Shown here in pieces: positions 29,146 to 39,499 of a stretch of DNA of 64,000 nucleotides. This stretch comes from Candidatus Niyogibacteria bacterium. Its GTDB lineage: Bacteria; Patescibacteriota; Minisyncoccia; HO2-45-28. A model generated the notes under the pieces. That model was not told the DNA's origin. It made no database searches and saw only the letters and a program-made list of their open reading frames with translations. The stretch covers positions 452,709-516,708 of the forward strand of contig CP066691.1 in the NCBI GenBank assembly GCA_016432485.1. Reading direction: 5' to 3'. Both the position numbers and the translations under genes were made by a program. How positions within the stretch are numbered: position 1 is the first letter of the stretch; every line of letters begins with the position of its first letter.

Positions 29146-29586
29146 TTATGCGTTTTGAACTATACTTCCTCCGGCTTTTTCTATTTTTTCTTTAGCTCCC
29201 CTGGATATCTGGCATTCCGCAACCAATAGGTTTTTCGTCAATTCCCCGGAACCAAGAAGTTTTACCTCGGGGACTCGGCCGCTTATTTTTTTAACCAAGC
29301 CCTTTTTAACCAGTTCCTGGGGGGTCACTTTGCTTCCGGGCTGAAAATGTTTTTCCAAATCTAAAGTATTAACAATGACAGTATGCCTCGGCCTGGTTTT
29401 TACGCGATACCCGCGAAGTTTAGGTATCTTTTTCAAGACATCGCGTATTTCCGGTCTGATTCTGTGACCGGCCCTTGCCTTCTGGCCCTTTATGCCGCGT
29501 CCGGAATACGTGCCGCGTTTGCCTCCGCGGCCTATTCTTTTTTTATTCTTAAAACGGGTTTTTGGTTTTAAATGATGAAGCTGCAT
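29146..29586 (-). CDS. rplO: 50S ribosomal protein L15
   Basis: RIGRGGKRGTYSGRGIKGQKAR. Confidence 0.95.
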   Translation of the reverse strand: MQLHHLKPKTRFKNKKRIGRGGKRGTYSGRGIKGQKARAGHRIRPEIRDVLKKIPKLRGYRVKTRPRHTVIVNTLDLEKHFQPGSKVTPQELVKKGLVKKISGRVPEVKLLGSGELTKNLLVAECQISRGAKEKIEKAGGSIVQNA

Positions 29587-29590
29587 ATTT

Positions 29591-30061
29591 TTATTTAAGT
29601 TTTTTAAGCGCTTCCATCGCCGCGCGGGCGTTGGAAATCTTATTTTTTGTACGTGATAAAATCTTGGCCGAGGCGTTTTTTACGCCAGCGAGATCCAAAA
29701 TCGCGCGCACCGAACTGCCGGCTACCAAACCATGTCCCTCAAGAGCCGGCCTAATTATGACTTCAGAGCTCGCGAACTTGCCGTAAACATCATGGGAAAT
29801 TGACATATTTTTATTCAAAGAAATCCTAATGGTCCTTTTCCCGGCTTGTTTAACGGCTTTTTGTATGGCCGTAGACGTATCTGAGCCCTTGGCCGTTCCT
29901 ATTCCGACCTCCCCAAATTTATTGCCGACAACCATTGTCGCCCTGAAACTGAAACGCCGGCCGCCGGCCACAACTCTGGCAACGCGACGCAAATCAATCA
30001 GCTTCTGTTCAAACTCAGAATCACTTTTTTCGCGTCTTTTTGAAAAATTTTTTGACCGCAT
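29591..30061 (-). CDS. rpsE: 30S ribosomal protein S5
   Basis: RRVARVVAGGRRFSFRA; start set at MRSKN. Confidence 0.95.
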   Translation of the reverse strand: MRSKNFSKRREKSDSEFEQKLIDLRRVARVVAGGRRFSFRATMVVGNKFGEVGIGTAKGSDTSTAIQKAVKQAGKRTIRISLNKNMSISHDVYGKFASSEVIIRPALEGHGLVAGSSVRAILDLAGVKNASAKILSRTKNKISNARAAMEALKKLK

Positions 30062-30065
30062 AAAA

Positions 30066-30416
30066 TTAAAATTCCAGCCCGCCCTCCCTGGCACCATCAG
30101 CCAAAGATTTAAGCCGACCATGATAATTATAACCCCCTCGGTCAAAAACTACTTTTTTAACCTTGGCTTCTTTGGCGCGCTGGGCAAGCAGTTTGCCTAA
30201 AGCGCGGGCGCGGATGCTTTTGTTCTGTTTTTTGGCATCTTTTGCCGCCGGGTCGGAAATGCCTACGATGGTCCTGCCTTTTTCATCATCTATCACCTGA
30301 GCATAAATATGTTTATTGGAACGGAAAACCGAAAGTCGCGGACGCTTCGCGGTTCCGCTAACTTTTATACGAATCATTTTGTGGCTGCGTATTCTTTTTT
30401 CTTTCTTGTTTTTCAT
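30066..30416 (-). CDS. rplR: 50S ribosomal protein L18
   Basis: RPRLSVFRSNKHIYAQ, FDRGGY.YHGR. Confidence 0.96.
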   Translation of the reverse strand: MKNKKEKRIRSHKMIRIKVSGTAKRPRLSVFRSNKHIYAQVIDDEKGRTIVGISDPAAKDAKKQNKSIRARALGKLLAQRAKEAKVKKVVFDRGGYNYHGRLKSLADGAREGGLEF

Positions 30417-30441
30417 TCGAATAATTAAAATAATCTTAAAA

Positions 30442-30984
30442 CTAAGCCGAGGCGGCCACCTTTTTGCCGGCCTTTCGCCTTATTATTTCTCCGGAATAAC
30501 GTATGCCCTTGCCTTTGTAGGGCTCGGGTTTTTTGTGGCTTCTTATGGTCGCGGCTAGATTGCCGACGGTTTCTTTGTCCGGACCAGAAACAATAATCGT
30601 ATTTTTTTCCACCGAAAAGGAAACTCCCTTAGGCGGAGAAACTGTTATCGGGTGCGAAAAACCCAGGTTCAGGACCAAGTCGTTGCCTCTGACTTCGGCT
30701 CTAAAGCCCACGCCCTCCAATTCCAGTTTTTTTTCAAATCCTTTGGTCACACCATCAATCATATTGTTCAAATGTCTGACAAATGTCCCCAAGAAAGCCG
30801 AAATATCTTTAGTGTTTAATTTGGGTTTAATATAAACTTCGCCCGCCGAAACGTCAAAGTCAAGAAACGCCGGAACTTTTCGGTTTAGCTCCCCCTTCGG
30901 CCCTTTAACTTTTAATTCGCCCCCGCTAAATTCAACGGAGACGCCTTGAGGAATTATTATCGGTTTTTTGGCTAAACGGCTCAT
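30442..30984 (-). CDS. rplF: 50S ribosomal protein L6
   Basis: KGPKGEL, PEPYKGKGIRY. Confidence 0.96.
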   Translation of the reverse strand: MSRLAKKPIIIPQGVSVEFSGGELKVKGPKGELNRKVPAFLDFDVSAGEVYIKPKLNTKDISAFLGTFVRHLNNMIDGVTKGFEKKLELEGVGFRAEVRGNDLVLNLGFSHPITVSPPKGVSFSVEKNTIIVSGPDKETVGNLAATIRSHKKPEPYKGKGIRYSGEIIRRKAGKKVAASA

Positions 30985-31033
30985 ATTGCGAATTAAAAAT
31001 TAAAATCCAAAAAATAAAGGTCTTTATTCAGAT

Positions 31034-31429
31034 TTACCATGCTTCGCCGAGAATTTCTCCGCCCACCTTTAATTTTCTAGCTTGCTTATCATCTATTATC
31101 CCGAACGGTGTTGAAATTATGTACAGGCCTGTCCCGCCTTTAACCGGCTTCAACTCGCGCCAACCTTTATAAATTCTTCGCGACGGTTTTGAAACGCGTT
31201 TTATTTCCGTAATTTTGCCCGAGCCGGATTCGTCATAAAATAGCGGCAACTCAATTGCGCGGCGGTTCTTTTTGCCTTTCCGCGCGGCTTCACCGGCTAA
31301 ACCACGTTTTTCCAGAAGTTTAGCTATTTCCATTTTTATTTTGGAATACGGAACCGCAACCACGGATTTTTTCGCCCGTCCGGCATTATTTATACGACTG
31401 AACATGTCGCCGATTGGATCTCCTACCAT
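31034..31429 (-). CDS. rpsH: 30S ribosomal protein S8
   Basis: [23 protein letters not shown]; start set at MVGDP. Confidence 0.95.
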   Translation of the reverse strand: MVGDPIGDMFSRINNAGRAKKSVVAVPYSKIKMEIAKLLEKRGLAGEAARKGKKNRRAIELPLFYDESGSGKITEIKRVSKPSRRIYKGWRELKPVKGGTGLYIISTPFGIIDDKQARKLKVGGEILGEAW

Positions 31430-31608
31430 GATGATTTTCTTATTCCGGGTATTTCTCCTTCGTTGGCTAACTCTCTGAAACAAATTCGGCAAAGGTCAAA
31501 ATCGCGCATGTAACCCCGCTTCCGGCCGCACCGAAAACAACGGCGCACTAAGCGCGATTTAAATTTGGGTGTTTTTTGGGATCTGGCGACAACCGATGTT
31601 TTGGCCAT
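31423..31608 (-). CDS. rpsN: 30S ribosomal protein S14, zinc-binding type Z
   Basis: RCFRCGR...[10 protein letters not shown]. Confidence 0.95.
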   Translation of the reverse strand: MAKTSVVARSQKTPKFKSRLVRRCFRCGRKRGYMRDFDLCRICFRELANEGEIPGIRKSSW

Positions 31609-31654
31609 ATTTCAAACTAAAAACTTAAAGCGTAATTCGTTTTGCATTTTACGC

Positions 31655-32188
31655 TTATTTCTTAAACGGTACTCCAATCGCCTTAAACAGCGCCTCTGCC
31701 TCATCTCTCGTCTTGGCGTTCGTCACTAAGGTCACCTCCAATCCGAACGGCGCCTTGACATCTTCGCCGGCTATCTCCGGAAATACAATATGCTCTTTAA
31801 AGCCGATAGTCAAGTTTCCGGAAGAATCTATGGACTTCAAATCAATGCCCCTGAAATCGCGGATGCGAGGAAGCGCCACATTTATCAGTTTATCCAAAAA
31901 ATCATACATCCGCGCCCCGCGCAAAGTGCAGGCAAAACCAACCACTACCCCCTGCCTTGTCTTGAAAGCAGCAATAGACTTTTTAGCCCCGCGGGGCGCG
32001 CATTTCTGTCCAGAAATAAGCTCAAAATGCCTGATAATAATCTCTTTATCTTTTTCCTCCTTGCGGCCCGTACCGGTATTTATGACAATTTTAATCAGTC
32101 TCGGGGCGGCAAGGCTGTTTTTAAATCCGAGCTTTTTTTTCAAAATATCCGCGATATTTTCACCGTATTTTAATTTTAATTCATTCAT
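31655..32188 (-). CDS. rplE: 50S ribosomal protein L5
   Basis: LPRIRDFRG, TLRG.RMY; start set at MNELK. Confidence 0.96.
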   Translation of the reverse strand: MNELKLKYGENIADILKKKLGFKNSLAAPRLIKIVINTGTGRKEEKDKEIIIRHFELISGQKCAPRGAKKSIAAFKTRQGVVVGFACTLRGARMYDFLDKLINVALPRIRDFRGIDLKSIDSSGNLTIGFKEHIVFPEIAGEDVKAPFGLEVTLVTNAKTRDEAEALFKAIGVPFKK

Positions 32189-32499
32189 GGTATTTTTGCT
32201 CCGCATTTGCGGCAAACCCTTGTTCGGTGGCCTTTATCATCCAAAACGCTCTTGGTTCTTTGCGGCTTTGAACAAGAAGGACAAATCAGCATAGCGTTTG
32301 AAATATGAATGGGGGAAGGAACCTGAACAACTTGGCCCTTTTCCCCCTGACGCTTTGGGCGACGATGGCGTTTCCTGATATTTAAACCCTCAACCACGAC
32401 CAGATTATCCTTTGGTAAAACTTTAAGCACGCGGCCGGATTTTCCACGGTCTTTACCGCTTAATACTTTGACCAAATCGTTCTTTTTTATTTTTTCCAT
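32185..32499 (-). CDS. rplX: 50S ribosomal protein L24
   Basis: KOW motif GKDRGKSG; CxxC...CxxC tail. Confidence 0.95.
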   Translation of the reverse strand: MEKIKKNDLVKVLSGKDRGKSGRVLKVLPKDNLVVVEGLNIRKRHRRPKRQGEKGQVVQVPSPIHISNAMLICPSCSKPQRTKSVLDDKGHRTRVCRKCGAKIP

Positions 32500-32524
32500 T
32501 TTGCTTAAATTTTAAAGTGTTTCC

Positions 32525-32890
32525 TTAAATTACTTCCGGAGCCAAAGATATAATCTTGATAAATCCCATCTCTCTCAATTCCCGCGGCATCGGCCCGAAA
32601 ATTCTGCCGCCCTTAGGCTCTTTGCCGTCTACGATTACCGCGGCGTTATCGTCAAACCTTATGTAAGTTCCGTCTTTTCGGCGATAGGGCTGACGCTGCC
32701 GGACTACAACGGCACGCACAACATCTTTTTTCTTTACTTCTTTGCGCGGTTCGGCTTTTTTAACCGAGGCTATAATAATATCGCCGATACGGGCATATCT
32801 GCGCCTTGTCCCGCCTAAAACACGGATGCACTGTATAATTTTTGCTCCGGAATTATCGGCAACTCCAATAATTGATCTTGGCTGAATCAT
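32525..32890 (-). CDS. rplN: 50S ribosomal protein L14
   Basis: [16 protein letters not shown]. Confidence 0.97.
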   Translation of the reverse strand: MIQPRSIIGVADNSGAKIIQCIRVLGGTRRRYARIGDIIIASVKKAEPRKEVKKKDVVRAVVVRQRQPYRRKDGTYIRFDDNAAVIVDGKEPKGGRIFGPMPRELREMGFIKIISLAPEVI

Positions 32891-32891
32891 G

Positions 32892-33131
32892 TTAAATTAA
32901 AACCCATTTTTTAGTCTTGGAAATCGGGCGCGCCGATTCAATCACCGCCATCTCGCCGATTTTATGCTGGCCGGTTTCATAATGAGCGCTGTATCTTTTA
33001 AACCTTTTAAAATATTTCTTGTATTTCGGATGTTTTAAAAGGCGCGTAACTTCAACAATCGCCGTCTTATTCTGCGACAAAGAAATAATTTTGCCTTTAA
33101 ACCTTTGTTTATGTTTTATTGAGTCGTTCAT
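32892..33131 (-). CDS. rpsQ: 30S ribosomal protein S17
   Basis: [15 protein letters not shown]. Confidence 0.93.
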   Translation of the reverse strand: MNDSIKHKQRFKGKIISLSQNKTAIVEVTRLLKHPKYKKYFKRFKRYSAHYETGQHKIGEMAVIESARPISKTKKWVLI

Positions 33132-33328
33132 TTTCGTTTTAATTGATTAATGCGCGTAAGAAGACGGGCGATAATATGTTTTATTTCACGGCCTGATTTA
33201 ACATTTTTAATCTTGGATTGGGACGCCGAAAAACGAAACTCACGAAGTTCCTCGCGGCTGGAAGCAAGCTCACGCTCAAGGTCCCCGATATTATTGCGGC
33301 TAAAAATTTCTTTTGTTTTCATTTTCAT
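33128..33328 (-). CDS. rpmC: 50S ribosomal protein L29
   Basis: operon position; LREFRF, IARLLT. Confidence 0.88.
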   Translation of the reverse strand: MKMKTKEIFSRNNIGDLERELASSREELREFRFSASQSKIKNVKSGREIKHIIARLLTRINQLKRK

Positions 33329-33735
33329 CTTTTTACTATTTTGGTTTTAAGTCCCAGTTTGGCTCCGGCTTTGCGCAGAGATTCGTGCGCGTTTTCATCG
33401 CTTAGACCGTCCACCTCAAAAATAACTCGCCCGGCCTTAACCATCGCGAAATATCCGACCAAATCGCCCTTTCCGGCTCCCATCCCGACCTCCGGAGGTT
33501 TAGCGGTTTTGGGACGATCAGGAAATATTCTGATCCACATTCGTCCTCCTTTCTGAACGTAACGCGATATGGCTTTGCGGCCGGCTTCAATTTGTTGGGC
33601 GGTTATATGGCCCCCTTCTTGAGACTTCAAACCAAAAGACCCGAAGGAAACTTCGGTTCCCCGATTGTCAACGCCGCGCTCACTACCGCGCAGACGATGC
33701 CATTTTCTATGTTTTACTTTTTTAGGCAACAACAT
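33325..33735 (-). CDS. rplP: 50S ribosomal protein L16
   Basis: WIRIFPD, MGAGKG. Confidence 0.96.
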   Translation of the reverse strand: MLLPKKVKHRKWHRLRGSERGVDNRGTEVSFGSFGLKSQEGGHITAQQIEAGRKAISRYVQKGGRMWIRIFPDRPKTAKPPEVGMGAGKGDLVGYFAMVKAGRVIFEVDGLSDENAHESLRKAGAKLGLKTKIVKR

Positions 33736-33771
33736 GTCAAATTTATATGAATGTTAGTGAATAATAAATTT

Positions 33772-33906
33772 GAGCACCCCACACATAATTTACGATGGCC
33801 TGCTTCAAAAAATTGTCCGCAAGACAATTTTTTATTTTTATGCTGTTGCTGTGAATTATCATAATTTTTGTTATTTTTACTATTGTAAATTATGTGTGGG
33901 GTTCTC
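33772..33906. repeat. MITE/REP-like element with 25-bp terminal inverted repeats between rpsC and rplP
   Basis: GAGCACCCCACACATAATTTACGAT ... ATTGTAAATTATGTGTGGGGTTCTC (2 mismatches); internal AAAAATTGTC-CGCAA-GACAATTTTT hairpin. Confidence 0.75.
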
Positions 33907-33937
33907 GAAAAATATAGTCGCTCACTTCGTTCGCTCC

Positions 33938-34594
33938 TTATTTTTCGGAAAATACCTCGCCCTTATAAATCCAGACCTTTATGCCGATATCGCCGTAAGG
34001 CAGGTGGGCTCTGGTCCGCGCAAAATCAATGTCGGCCCTTATGGTCTGCAAAGGAATCCGGCCGTCCGAAAGCCATTCGCGCCGGCTCATTTCGGCGCCG
34101 TCAAGACGTCCGGCTAAAGCAACTTTCACCCCCAAGACCTCTTTGTGGGAAGACACCTTGCTTAAAATCTGCTTGAGCACTCTTCTGAAAGGGAGCCTTT
34201 TTTCCAAACTTTCGGCCACCATTCTGGAGACCACCGCCGCGTCCGTTTCCGGACTCTTTATTTCCTCAATCGCCAGCTGCAATTCGCGAGGCCGGTTCAG
34301 ACCAAACTTCTCAAAAAACTTTTCTATTTCCTTTTTTAAAGAATTCGCGCCGGCTCCGGATCTCCCGATGATAAGGCCGGGCCTTGAAGTGTGGATTATG
34401 ATTTTCAAAAGCGTGGGCGATCTTTCAATTTCTATTTTTGAAACATACATCTTAATAAGACGATCATTAAGCCACGAACGCAATTTAACGTCGGCTTTTA
34501 AAAATTTACGGTAATTGCGCAAATCAAACCAGCGCGATTTCCAATCGCGAACCTGGCCTAATCTGAATGAATATGGGTGAACTCGATGGGTCAT
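33938..34594 (-). CDS. rpsC: 30S ribosomal protein S3
   Basis: HP..FRLG, RPGLIIGR.G, GRLDGAEMSR, PLQTIRADID. Confidence 0.97.
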   Translation of the reverse strand: MTHRVHPYSFRLGQVRDWKSRWFDLRNYRKFLKADVKLRSWLNDRLIKMYVSKIEIERSPTLLKIIIHTSRPGLIIGRSGAGANSLKKEIEKFFEKFGLNRPRELQLAIEEIKSPETDAAVVSRMVAESLEKRLPFRRVLKQILSKVSSHKEVLGVKVALAGRLDGAEMSRREWLSDGRIPLQTIRADIDFARTRAHLPYGDIGIKVWIYKGEVFSEK

Positions 34595-34621
34595 AATAAA
34601 CCAATAATCAATAATCAAATG

Positions 34622-34954
34622 TTATTTCTCTTTTTCTGCGAGAACGAGTCTTACGCGGCTTGTTTTTTTTCTGATAAGCGACGGAACGCCTCTGGCCCGC
34701 GCCATGAAACGTTTGAAAACCGGGCCTTCATCTACGGTCAATTTTGAAATATAAAGATTTTTGGGCAACGAACTTAAATTATTGCGGGCATTGGCCGCGG
34801 CCGATTCCAAAAGCTTAGCCATGGGCTTGGCCGCTCCTTTTTTGGAAAATTTCAAAATTGTCCGGACTTCGTCTATATTTTTGCCCCTGATAGCGTCGGC
34901 CACCAATCTTAATTTTCTGGGAGCTATTCTAATGTAATTTAATTCGGCTTTCAT
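34622..34954 (-). CDS. rplV: 50S ribosomal protein L22
   Basis: APRKLRLVAD.IRG, SAAANA. Confidence 0.96.
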   Translation of the reverse strand: MKAELNYIRIAPRKLRLVADAIRGKNIDEVRTILKFSKKGAAKPMAKLLESAAANARNNLSSLPKNLYISKLTVDEGPVFKRFMARARGVPSLIRKKTSRVRLVLAEKEK

Positions 34955-34956
34955 AT

Positions 34957-35274
34957 CTACGGCGTTTTAGCGGCGGCCTTCACCGATTCGGTTTCTTTCT
35001 GTTCCAGTTCTCTTTGCATACGCCCGCCGTGCCTCGTAAATTTTTTAGTCGGAGAAAATTCGCCCAAACGATGTCCGACCATCTCTTCGCTGACGGATAC
35101 CGATATAAACTCGCGGCCGTTATGAACTCCGAAAACATAGCCGACCATCTCCGGAGAAATTTGGGAATTTCTGGACCAGGTCTTAATAACCTCCCTTGAA
35201 CCGGCTGGAAGCCGGCTTATCTTTTTCAATAATTTTGGGTCCACATACGGACCTTTTTTCGCGCTTCGCGTCAT
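34957..35274 (-). CDS. rpsS: 30S ribosomal protein S19
   Basis: [21 protein letters not shown]. Confidence 0.97.
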   Translation of the reverse strand: MTRSAKKGPYVDPKLLKKISRLPAGSREVIKTWSRNSQISPEMVGYVFGVHNGREFISVSVSEEMVGHRLGEFSPTKKFTRHGGRMQRELEQKETESVKAAAKTP

Positions 35275-35275
35275 A

Positions 35276-36103
35276 TTATTTTTTTCTTTTTTGGAGAATC
35301 AGCGAGTTGGAATACTTGTGGCGCTTTCGCGTCTTTACTCCTCTCGTGCCCCGGCCCCAAAGATTCTTCGGCCTTCTTGTTCCGCGCAAAGTCCTGCCCT
35401 CACCGCCTCCATAAGGATGATCAACCGGATTCATTGCCGACCCCCTCACGGTCGGTCTGATGCCCATATGTCTGGACCTGCCAGCCTTACCGATAGTGAT
35501 GAAACTTCTTTCCTCATTGGAAACCTGGCCAACGGAGGCCCAGGAATTTTTATTTATCCGCCTTATCTCCCCGGACGGCATCTTAATCTGGCTGTATTTT
35601 TCCTCATGGGCTAAAATCTCGGCGCGGCCTGCGGCAGCTCTTACAAGTTTAGCTCCTGATCCTGGCTCAATTTCAACATTATAAACCGATGTTCCCGAAG
35701 GAATCAAGCGAAGCGGCAAACGATTCCCGGGTTTAATCGGAGCATGTTCGGAAATAATAACCTCGTCGCCCGCCTTGATTCCAACAGGCAAAAGATGATA
35801 CCTGTATTCGCCGTCACGATAAAGCACCAGCCCTATGAATCCCGACCGCCCGGGATCATATTCCGCTGATACGACACGAGCCGGAACATCCAACTTGTCG
35901 TATTTAAAATCAACTATTCTCTGGAGCCTTTTTGCCCCGCCGCCTCTATGACGAACGGTTATCCGCCCTCGATTATTCCGTCCGGCGGATTTTTTCATAC
36001 CTTTAGTCAGACTTTTTCGGGGCTGGACCGAATACACAAGCGCTTTATATTCAGCAACTTGCATATGACGGCGCGATGGAGTTGTGGGTTTATAAGATTT
36101 CAT
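35276..36103 (-). CDS. rplB: 50S ribosomal protein L2
   Basis: [36 protein letters not shown]. Confidence 0.98.
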   Translation of the reverse strand: MKSYKPTTPSRRHMQVAEYKALVYSVQPRKSLTKGMKKSAGRNNRGRITVRHRGGGAKRLQRIVDFKYDKLDVPARVVSAEYDPGRSGFIGLVLYRDGEYRYHLLPVGIKAGDEVIISEHAPIKPGNRLPLRLIPSGTSVYNVEIEPGSGAKLVRAAAGRAEILAHEEKYSQIKMPSGEIRRINKNSWASVGQVSNEERSFITIGKAGRSRHMGIRPTVRGSAMNPVDHPYGGGEGRTLRGTRRPKNLWGRGTRGVKTRKRHKYSNSLILQKRKK

Positions 36104-36510
36104 TATGTGAATTCTATTTTATGACCCCGAGAGAGCCTAACCAAGGCCTTGCGGTATCCGGGACTATGGCCGAATTTCCGGCCGAAACTTCTTAAACGCG
36201 GGGGCATATTTATCACGTTCACTTTATCAACTTTTACTTTATATAATTCTTCAACCGCCATTTTTATATCTTTCTTGGAAGCTTCGTAAGCCACGTTAAA
36301 GACATAAACGCCTTCTTCTTTCATAATAGAAGATTTTTCAGTTATTTTGGGGCGAAGCAGGGTGGAAGCCGCGTGTTTAGATTCCCCCAGATTTTTACGT
36401 TCCTCTTTTTTCTCAACCTCGTCCGGCTCCAAAACAACATCGCGCCTGGAAACAATTTTTTCAAGCCTTTTTCTTTTTTCTTTTTTCTTAAAAAAATCAA
36501 GCAGATTCAT
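36103..36510 (-). CDS. rplW: 50S ribosomal protein L23 with N-terminal extension
   Basis: P.ITEKS, YVF.V, KKDIK.AVE.LY.VKV.KVN, KA.V.L. Confidence 0.92.
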   Translation of the reverse strand: MNLLDFFKKKEKRKRLEKIVSRRDVVLEPDEVEKKEERKNLGESKHAASTLLRPKITEKSSIMKEEGVYVFNVAYEASKKDIKMAVEELYKVKVDKVNVINMPPRLRSFGRKFGHSPGYRKALVRLSRGHKIEFT

Positions 36511-36515
36511 ACTTT

Positions 36516-37157
36516 TTAAATCTTGACTAAATTTAAAAGGTCTTTTTGACCCAGAATCAGATATTTTACCGCCAGCAAATCAAGAGGATTGATATTTCTG
36601 GCTTCCAAAGTTTTGACGCCGTAAATATTGCGAAAAGCCAGGTGGGTATTTCTGTCTTTAGCCGCAACTATGATTTTAGACCCCTTTTTAGCCAAACCTT
36701 CAAATCCTTTAATTTTACCCAGGGCTGTCAGAGCTTCTCTGGCTTTTTTGGTTTTGGACTCAAGCAATAAAACCTCATCCATAATCATCATTTCTTGATC
36801 AGCCATCTTTTTGGATAAAATCATAAATAAAGCTTTCTTTTTGGCTTTTTTGTTTATTTTCCGGCCGTATTTTTTTTCGTTCGTCGGTCCATGAGTCACC
36901 CCTCCGCCGACCCATATCGGAGAACGCGTTGAGCCGTGGCGAGCCCTGCCGGTTCCTTTCTGGCGCCAAGGCTTTTTTCCACCGCCGGAAACATCTCCGC
37001 GCCCCCGAGCCTGAGCAAGTCCTTTTCGGCTTTGGGAGCGCATGGATTCTATCACCTGATGAACCAAATCCGCGTTCCATTTCAAAGCAAAAATTTTCTC
37101 CGGCAATTCCAGAGTGTCCACTTTTTCGGCTTTTAAGTTGTATACGGAGACTTCCAT
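36516..37157 (-). CDS. rplD: 50S ribosomal protein L4
   Basis: [19 protein letters not shown]. Confidence 0.97.
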   Translation of the reverse strand: MEVSVYNLKAEKVDTLELPEKIFALKWNADLVHQVIESMRSQSRKGLAQARGRGDVSGGGKKPWRQKGTGRARHGSTRSPIWVGGGVTHGPTNEKKYGRKINKKAKKKALFMILSKKMADQEMMIMDEVLLLESKTKKAREALTALGKIKGFEGLAKKGSKIIVAAKDRNTHLAFRNIYGVKTLEARNINPLDLLAVKYLILGQKDLLNLVKI

Positions 37158-37160
37158 AAA

Positions 37161-37856
37161 TTAATTTCTTATCTCTACCAACGTCCCGCGTCTTCCGGGA
37201 ACCGCTCCGGACACCAAAATCAGATTGTTTTCAGAATCCACTTTAAGGATTTTCAGATTGCGCATAGTAACGCGCCGTCCGCCCATCCTTCCGGGCATGC
37301 GCATACCCTTTGTAACCCGGCCTCCGGATCGGCCTCCGCCGCCTATTGAACCGGCTTCCCTCTCGGAATGCTTCTGACCATGAGTCCTCGGCCCGCCCGC
37401 GAACCCATGGCGCCTAACCACGCCCTGAAAACCCTTACCCTTGGAAATCGCGGAAACCCTTACTTTATCGCCTTCTTTAAAAACTCCTGCGCCAATAACA
37501 TCTCCGGGTTGAAAATCTTCCGGCTTTTCAACCCTGAACTCCTTTAACCATTTCACATTGGAAATCGAAAATTGCCTGTCCGCCGAAGCTTTACTGTATC
37601 CTTCCGTAGCCTTTGGCGGAGGAGCGAAGGCGGAAAAATTGGAAATTTTTTTAAGATGTCCCTTTTGAGGTTTTTTAATGTGTTTGGAATTTTTGAAACC
37701 ATACCCAATCTGAACGGATTTATATCCGTCCTTTTCGGGGGTTTTCAGCTGAACGATAACCACAGGACCCGCCTCGATCAGAGTCGCCGGCGTCAGATGG
37801 CCGTCCTCTGAAAAAACCTGCGTCATTTCCTTTTTTTGTCCTAAAATAAAACTCAT
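37161..37856 (-). CDS. rplC: 50S ribosomal protein L3 with palindrome-derived in-frame insertion
   Basis: MTQVF, DGY.SVQIG, SKGKGFQGVVRR, MPGRMG; insert around SAFAPPPKATEGYSKASAD. Confidence 0.96.
   Translation of the reverse strand: MSFILGQKKEMTQVFSEDGHLTPATLIEAGPVVIVQLKTPEKDGYKSVQIGYGFKNSKHIKKPQKGHLKKISNFSAFAPPPKATEGYSKASADRQFSISNVKWLKEFRVEKPEDFQPGDVIGAGVFKEGDKVRVSAISKGKGFQGVVRRHGFAGGPRTHGQKHSEREAGSIGGGGRSGGRVTKGMRMPGRMGGRRVTMRNLKILKVDSENNLILVSGAVPGRRGTLVEIRN
37580..37633. repeat. nested palindromic element in rplC
   Basis: CCGCCGAAGCTTTA[30 nt]GCGAAGGCGG. Confidence 0.85.
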
Positions 37857-37935
37857 GCGCTTGTTTTAATACCCCTAATTAAAAAACTCCGAGGCTCCGG
37901 AGTCTTTTAATCGGAAATCCCACGTGGTGATAAGC

Positions 37936-38292
37936 TTACATCATTTTAACTTCTATGTCCACACCTGCGGGAAGATTAAGATTTGTCAGAGAATCTATGA
38001 TTTTAGGATTGGTATTCAAAATATCAATCAATCTTTTATGGACGCGCATCTCGAACTGTTCCCGGGAATTTTTATGGACGAAGGTTGAACGATTAACGGT
38101 ATATTTTCTTATCTCGGTCGGCAAAGGAACAGGACCGACTATCTCGGCTCCGTATCTCAAAGAAGTGTCCACTATCTGTTTTACGCTGGAATCCAGAATC
38201 TTATTGTCATAGCCGCGCACGCGTATACGCAATTTCTGGCGTTCTTCTTTTTTGAGAGCCTTTGGCTTCTCGGCTGTCTTTATCTTTGCCAC
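37936..38292 (-). CDS. rpsJ: 30S ribosomal protein S10
   Basis: [23 protein letters not shown]. Confidence 0.97.
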   Translation of the reverse strand: MAKIKTAEKPKALKKEERQKLRIRVRGYDNKILDSSVKQIVDTSLRYGAEIVGPVPLPTEIRKYTVNRSTFVHKNSREQFEMRVHKRLIDILNTNPKIIDSLTNLNLPAGVDIEVKMM

Positions 38293-38305
38293 AATTTTAA
38301 AGAAT

Positions 38306-39499
38306 TTATTTGATTATTTTAGTCACGACTCCCGCGCCGACTGTTTTGCCGCCTTCGCGAATCGCAAAACGCTGACGCTCTTCAAGGGCCACCGGAGCTA
38401 TAAGCTTGATGCTCAAATTAACCGTATCTCCCGGCATAACCATTTCCGTTCCTTGGGGCAAAACCGCTTCACCCGTCACATCAGTTGTGCGCATATAAAA
38501 CTGCGGTTTGTATCCGGCAAAAAACGGGGTGTGTCTGCCTCCTTCTTCTTTGGTCAGAATATAAATCTCGGCTTCAAATTCAGTGTGGGGCGTAATTGAA
38601 CCGGGCTTAGCCAAAACCTGTCCGCGCTCAACATCTTCTTTTTTAAGGCCGCGCAAAAGTATTCCGGCGTTATCTCCGGCCATGCCCTCGTCTAAAGATT
38701 TATTAAACATTTCAATTCCGGTAACGACGGTCTTTTGCGTGTCTTTCAAACCCACGACCTCAATTTCTTCGGCAGTTTTGACTTTTCCGCGCTCAATTCG
38801 TCCGGTTACAACCGTGCCTCGGCCTTCAATGGAAAAGATGTCTTCAACCGGCATCAAAAACGGTTTTTCTACGTCGCGCACCGGCTCCGGTATATATTCA
38901 TCCAGCTGTTTGGTCAATTCAAGCACTTGTTTCGCCCACTCATCATCGGCTGATTTGGCTTCAAGGGCCTTGAGAGCCGACCCGCGAATAATCGGGGTTT
39001 TATCGCCCGGATATTCGTATTTATTCAGAAGTTCCCTGACTTCGGCCTCAACCAAATCAACCAAATCTTTATCTTCAGCGGCATCAACTTTATTCAAAAA
39101 AACAATAATCGCGGGAACCCCGACTTGGCGCGCAAGAAGTATGTGCTCACGGGTTTGCGGCATAGGACCGTCAACGGCCGAAACCACCAAAACCGCTCCG
39201 TCCATTTGTGCAGCGCCCGTAATCATATTTTTGATGTAATCGGCATGTCCAGGAGCATCAATGTGGGCGTAATGCCTTTTCGGAGTTTCGTATTCCGAGT
39301 GATGCAAAGCAATGGTAATTCCGCGCTGGCGTTCTTCGGGAGCGTTATCAATATCCTCGACTTTTTCCTCTTTGACCTTGTTGCCGGCCAATTTAAGCAC
39401 GTGCAAAATGGCCGCGGTCAAAGTGGTTTTGCCGTGGTCAACGTGCCCTATGGTGCCGACATTGACATGCGGCTTGGTCCGTTCAAATTTCTCTGCCAT
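38306..39499 (-). CDS. tuf: elongation factor Tu
   Basis: [21 protein letters not shown]; start set at MAEKF. Confidence 0.98.
   Translation of the reverse strand: MAEKFERTKPHVNVGTIGHVDHGKTTLTAAILHVLKLAGNKVKEEKVEDIDNAPEERQRGITIALHHSEYETPKRHYAHIDAPGHADYIKNMITGAAQMDGAVLVVSAVDGPMPQTREHILLARQVGVPAIIVFLNKVDAAEDKDLVDLVEAEVRELLNKYEYPGDKTPIIRGSALKALEAKSADDEWAKQVLELTKQLDEYIPEPVRDVEKPFLMPVEDIFSIEGRGTVVTGRIERGKVKTAEEIEVVGLKDTQKTVVTGIEMFNKSLDEGMAGDNAGILLRGLKKEDVERGQVLAKPGSITPHTEFEAEIYILTKEEGGRHTPFFAGYKPQFYMRTTDVTGEAVLPQGTEMVMPGDTVNLSIKLIAPVALEERQRFAIREGGKTVGAGVVTKIIK

Noticed and set aside
29586-29591. Missing rpmD (L30) between rpsE and rplO
   Set aside because: A known general trait of CPR; used only as a taxonomic clue
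35400-35430. L2 motif DHPYGGG instead of DHPHGGG
   Set aside because: The first, functionally key His is retained; a single substitution is not enough to claim significance
38583-39239. Long antisense ORFs (opposite tuf, recJ, rplE, gyrA and others)
   Set aside because: Shadow frames of conserved genes with no independent motifs
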